Part shown: positions 59,939-64,000 of the stretch, in pieces
Layout: the number at the start of each line of letters is the position of its first letter
How positions within the stretch are numbered: the stretch's first letter is position 1
Virus record (IMG/VR): IMGVR_UViG_3300021387_000688
Origin: a virus
Lineage: Duplodnaviria; Caudoviricetes
Direction: 5' to 3' (one strand)
Length of the DNA stretch: 64,000 nt
Notes under the pieces: generated by a model
What the model was told of the DNA's origin: nothing
Databases searched by the model: none
Seen by the model: only the letters and a program-made list of their open reading frames with translations
Made by a program: the position numbers and the translations under genes

Positions 59939-61058
59939 AAAAGAAAGTACTTTAGACTTGTTTGGACAGAATGCTAAAGTACATAAAGATAAAAATTGGA
60001 GACCGGACCTTATGAAGAAACAAATTAAAGAAAGAAGGATGCCTTATAGCGAAATACCTCAAGTAGAAGATTATATAGGTACCGCAAGAGCTAAAGGATT
60101 TGAATGTATTGAGGGTTCTTTAGTTAGTAAAGCTAAAGAAGTATTTACTCCCGTAATTATGAAGTTTAATGGAAATGTAGAAGCCAGGCTTAGAATATTC
60201 AGTCAAGGTAACTATACAATCTTTACAGACAAAGGTGGATGGGAAGGATTAGATTTAGAAGAGTTTGAAAAGGATTTGGACGACCTTCGTTCTTTATATG
60301 AAAGTGTTTCTAAAAAATCTAATAGAATTAAAGAATCTACAGCAGAAGACGATGCAGCTTTTAAAGAAGCAAAATCTTATATTAAAAAATCTTATCAAAA
60401 ATACGTACATAAGCTTTCAATAAGAAATGGTAAAGTAGATGCATTATCTCTTCAAAATTTCTTGTCAAGTCAAATAGGAAGAAAATTAAACTTCCATACA
60501 GCTAGTGGTAAAATGTTCTGGGAACTTTCAGAAGAAGAAGCTAATATTGAAGACGTAAATGTTACTCTCAATGCTTATGATATTCGTACAGATCTTTATG
60601 GAAGAAACTATGATAAAGTTAGAATCTATATCAACCAAGGTTCAAATTTAAAGAAAATTGATACTTCTTGTTGGAATAAAAATGTAAGGGCTTATAGGGC
60701 TGGGGTTGAGCAAAATGCAGATCCTATTGCAGTAGAACTTTCAAATATAATTATGCCACTTTGGAACAAAACAAAGTTCCCAGGAATACAAAGTGGAGAG
60801 ATTTACAAATCAGCTATTATGAAAACAAAGCCAGGAACTCCTAATACTATTGGTAGCACTTTAGATTTGGATAGAGTCGAAGCTTTGGGTAATATGTTGA
60901 AAAGGGAAAGCCGTGTTAATAATGTAGTTGTAGAGCCTACTAATGATATTGCAAAGAGAGTTAGAATTACTTTCGAATATGATTACCATGAAGTAGAAAT
61001 CTTGGCAATGGTTGCACAATTCGTTTGTCAAGTTGAATTAAGCATAGATTGTAAATAG
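59925..61058 (+). CDS. multi-module protein; putative virion cargo
   Basis: GAGGAG RBS then MQKNKKES; QIKER; WEGLDLEEFEKDL; LYESVSKKSNRIKES. Confidence 0.8.
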   Translation: MQKNKKESTLDLFGQNAKVHKDKNWRPDLMKKQIKERRMPYSEIPQVEDYIGTARAKGFECIEGSLVSKAKEVFTPVIMKFNGNVEARLRIFSQGNYTIFTDKGGWEGLDLEEFEKDLDDLRSLYESVSKKSNRIKESTAEDDAAFKEAKSYIKKSYQKYVHKLSIRNGKVDALSLQNFLSSQIGRKLNFHTASGKMFWELSEEEANIEDVNVTLNAYDIRTDLYGRNYDKVRIYINQGSNLKKIDTSCWNKNVRAYRAGVEQNADPIAVELSNIIMPLWNKTKFPGIQSGEIYKSAIMKTKPGTPNTIGSTLDLDRVEALGNMLKRESRVNNVVVEPTNDIAKRVRITFEYDYHEVEILAMVAQFVCQVELSIDCK

Positions 61059-61067
61059 GGGTTCAGA

Positions 61068-62909
61068 ATGAGAAAACTTAAAGAAGATAAAGAAGTTCCA
61101 GGAATGAAATGGTTTAGAGGTGGCCCAGTATTCAAGCCATATTTCCTCTCTGGAGTAGGAGTTGATGCAGCAGCTGTAGACAGTTATATAGACAAATTGG
61201 TTAAGGAACACAATAATCGTTTTGAAATAAAAGACCCTCGTATTACAGAAGAATTGTATTTTGAAGTAAAAGATTGGGATACAGGAGATGGAGACAATGT
61301 TTATGTAGACATTCTATTCAATCGTGAATTCGATAGAGAAATGAATGCAGAGAAATGGGGTAAAAAATCTTATGGGGCTACCAATGAGCATGGTTATGTA
61401 GAAGATTTACTAAACAATGGCTATTTAGAAAAACTTGGAATAACAGATGCTAAAATTACAGGAGTAGGATGGGACTCATCAAAACATGTACCAAGATGGA
61501 GTATTGAATTGTTCACATTCTCTGACAGAAATATAGACGGTACATTCAAACGTCCAAATACATCTGATTCATGGACTAGCTCTCATAATGTAAATGGTAC
61601 AGAACCTTTTAATAAAGAAGAAGGAAAAGAAATCAGTAAAGCAGTTACGGATTACATCATAGAGTTATTAAGAGCAAACCCTGCAAGAGTTTATTATAAG
61701 CCTTCTAAAGGAGTAACAGAAGTAAACATAGCTGATTACAGAACTCGTAGCTATGATCCTTCTTGGAAAGGAAGTTATACCCATAATACCGGTTGGTTTG
61801 GATTCACTTGTTACATTGAAGATGCTTATGATGAAAATGCAATCGATTGGAGAGGTAGACAAGGAGATACTTTTAGGGCAGACGAAGATGTTATTACATC
61901 CTTGCTACGAGATAAAGCAGCAGAAACTTTAAACGATTTCCTTTATGAGTTTAATCTAGAAGTTGTACCAGATGGTTGCAAAGCTGAATGGTATCACGGT
62001 AGTGAAGAGGATGATGAGAACGGACATTTGTTTGACGTTTCTATTAAGTTTAAAGAAATAGGTATTGATCCTGACAAATCTTATTTTGCACATCAAGGCA
62101 ATTCTTTCAAAGATTATTGGCCTGGTTCTGAACCAAAAGATCTTTACAAAGGTAAAACTTTCAAAAGGAATCCAAAAAGAATAAAAGAAGGTTTATTCGA
62201 TAATGTAGAATTTGGAGCAGAATTATCTACACCTCCTATGGAAAAATATAAAGACGTTGTATCTATGAGCATAGATGAAGGCATTTTGAATAGAGAAACT
62301 CCAAAGGAAACTATTGAAAATACTATTTACGAAGTATTGCGTATGTTCCCAGAAGATAATATAAATAACGAAATCCTCAGAGATTATGTATGCAAAAAAG
62401 TATATGAAAGAAATCCTTACGAAGAAGAAGCAGATGAATATTTAAAGGAATCTAAAAGTCTAAAAGAAGATGTAATTTTACATTTCGACCTAGAAGATGG
62501 TACTCACAAAGCCCTTCCATTTAAGTCTAAAGAAGAAGCTTTAGAATATTTGGATAGTGATGATTTTCCAGTTGGCGAATGGGTTGGAAGTTATGATATT
62601 GAAACTGTTAAAGAAACTAAACCTGTTAACGGAGATGATTACGACTACCAAGTTCTCCAACCAGAAGATGTTGAAAAGTTGAATGATCTTGTAAAAGAAA
62701 TAAAAGATGGTAATGAAGATGGTTGGGTTGACTGGATTGATCTTGCAATAGAAATTGGTAGAAAATATCTAGGAAAGAGTCTTTCAAGATATGGCGAAGG
62801 AGAGTATACACCATTCGAAGATTTAATAAACGAGTGTGAAACATTTGTATATTATAAAACACCTGGCATTGACAGAATGTTAAAGAAGAGACTTGACTTG
62901 CAAAACTAA
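61068..62909 (+). CDS. multi-module protein; putative virion cargo
   Basis: MRKLKED; KRIKEG; YLKESKSLKED. Confidence 0.8.
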   Translation: MRKLKEDKEVPGMKWFRGGPVFKPYFLSGVGVDAAAVDSYIDKLVKEHNNRFEIKDPRITEELYFEVKDWDTGDGDNVYVDILFNREFDREMNAEKWGKKSYGATNEHGYVEDLLNNGYLEKLGITDAKITGVGWDSSKHVPRWSIELFTFSDRNIDGTFKRPNTSDSWTSSHNVNGTEPFNKEEGKEISKAVTDYIIELLRANPARVYYKPSKGVTEVNIADYRTRSYDPSWKGSYTHNTGWFGFTCYIEDAYDENAIDWRGRQGDTFRADEDVITSLLRDKAAETLNDFLYEFNLEVVPDGCKAEWYHGSEEDDENGHLFDVSIKFKEIGIDPDKSYFAHQGNSFKDYWPGSEPKDLYKGKTFKRNPKRIKEGLFDNVEFGAELSTPPMEKYKDVVSMSIDEGILNRETPKETIENTIYEVLRMFPEDNINNEILRDYVCKKVYERNPYEEEADEYLKESKSLKEDVILHFDLEDGTHKALPFKSKEEALEYLDSDDFPVGEWVGSYDIETVKETKPVNGDDYDYQVLQPEDVEKLNDLVKEIKDGNEDGWVDWIDLAIEIGRKYLGKSLSRYGEGEYTPFEDLINECETFVYYKTPGIDRMLKKRLDLQN

Positions 62910-62951
62910 GAAGGTTTTGTAGAGAACTAAATTATTAAAGAGGATTAAAAC

Positions 62952-63956
62952 ATGGGTGCATGGTGGATTCGAAATGGTCATATAGTTGATATGGGAGAGG
63001 ACGATACCCACGGTCAATTGTTCTTAGAGGACCCTGATTTCTTTGGGTTCTCTAATGGTATTATCAATGACATTTGCAATCGGTACGAAATTAATGATTT
63101 ATGGGATTTGAAATACGATGATGACTTTGATAACGAATCCCACCCTGCATGGGACGAAATGATGGGTATAGCTTTAGCCAAAGGAGCTATACGTGTTAGA
63201 AATTTCAAAAACGAAACTTGGGTAACTTACGACATTCATTGTAGAAAAGATTTAATAAACGCAATGTTAGATTATCCTGAAGTATTTACTGGTATAATAC
63301 ATATAGGTGCTATTAACGGTTACGAAGGTATAGTACATGGGGGATATGGAGGGGATGAACGCTACAATTCTGTAGAAGAAGCCCTTCAATCACTAACTGA
63401 AAATAAGATTATGAAAAACAAAAGAATAAAAGAATCAGAAGAAAACTTTGATTCTAAAGACCCAGATTTATTTGATAATATCCAAGATGCCATTTATTCT
63501 ATCTTAACTGATTACGATAATGAAGTTTGGGAGAAAGCTGGTATTAAAAGATATTTTGAAGAACCTACAACTCATGGTGTTTTAGTTAGAGACCAATACG
63601 GTTCAAAAGTATTCCCAATTCATTATGGATTAAATGGCCCAGGTAAAGATGAAGATTATTTTGAAGCTATGGCCAAATTCATTGTAGATTTGGAAGACAT
63701 TCTTAAACCAACTTACCCAGAAGTAAATGTATACTGTGTTAATGTTTTAGTAGACTGCGCAGATGATGTAGGTACAGTAGTATTTGGAATAAGTGTTGGA
63801 GAAGACATAGACCCTAAAGAATCTATGAAGTGGAAAGAATCTGAAGGCGGAGTTGGTAAACCTCAAGATTCTGATGAAGAGAAAACTTCTAAATGGAATA
63901 AAGGTATTTATAAAATAGATCATTACAATGAACAAATTGATGAATGGGAGAAATAA
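62952..63956 (+). CDS. multi-module protein; putative virion cargo
   Basis: upstream AACTAAATTA; LTENKIMKNKRIKES; KESMKWKES. Confidence 0.8.
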   Translation: MGAWWIRNGHIVDMGEDDTHGQLFLEDPDFFGFSNGIINDICNRYEINDLWDLKYDDDFDNESHPAWDEMMGIALAKGAIRVRNFKNETWVTYDIHCRKDLINAMLDYPEVFTGIIHIGAINGYEGIVHGGYGGDERYNSVEEALQSLTENKIMKNKRIKESEENFDSKDPDLFDNIQDAIYSILTDYDNEVWEKAGIKRYFEEPTTHGVLVRDQYGSKVFPIHYGLNGPGKDEDYFEAMAKFIVDLEDILKPTYPEVNVYCVNVLVDCADDVGTVVFGISVGEDIDPKESMKWKESEGGVGKPQDSDEEKTSKWNKGIYKIDHYNEQIDEWEK

Positions 63957-64000
63957 TTATGGACAATGAAAGAATTAAAAAACATTATATCAACTCATTA

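Noticed and set aside
1-64000. CRISPR array, tRNA genes, stop-codon recoding, reverse transcriptase/DGR, integrase or transposase
   Set aside because: None seen. Genes are intact and densely packed under the standard code, and I noticed no regularly spaced repeats or cloverleafs other than the tmRNA ends.

Overview
AT-rich, gene-dense 64 kb segment of a large (jumbo-type) tailed phage genome, read in the standard genetic code. No capsid, tail or terminase gene is recognisable. Most of the window is small hypothetical genes in alternating-strand operons separated by bidirectional intrinsic terminators. Recognisable functions: QueC-like ATPase, NUDIX hydrolase, metallophosphoesterase, a complete phage tmRNA (5615-6008, minus strand, no encoded CCA) followed by a free-standing GIY-YIG endonuclease, a spirochaete-type STAS/Zn-ribbon anti-anti-sigma factor (suggesting a Treponema-like host), M14 deacylase, CYTH protein, ThyX, macrodomain, ATP-grasp, DUF1848-like protein, RelA/SpoT-type HD hydrolase, PNK-like kinase, CCA-adding enzyme with HD domain, an ADP-ribosyltransferase-like domain and a C-terminally truncated NAD-dependent ligase. 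The main unexplained signal is a set of about 15 mosaic proteins (27.7-35.3, 48.0-50.7, 53.4-55.8 and 57.3-64.0 kb). They are built from short domains joined by a recurring basic linker ending in [LI]-K-E-[SDGA], and many begin with the same motif. Several of their transcription units have an ACTAAwT upstream motif that differs from the CTATATT motif of the metabolic genes. They share a repeated W-x-G-x-x-x-E-E-F-x-x-D domain, and one hides a signal peptide directly behind an L-N-E site. I infer a protease-processed, capsid-packaged polyprotein cargo system. All family assignments come from motif recognition by eye, not database searches.
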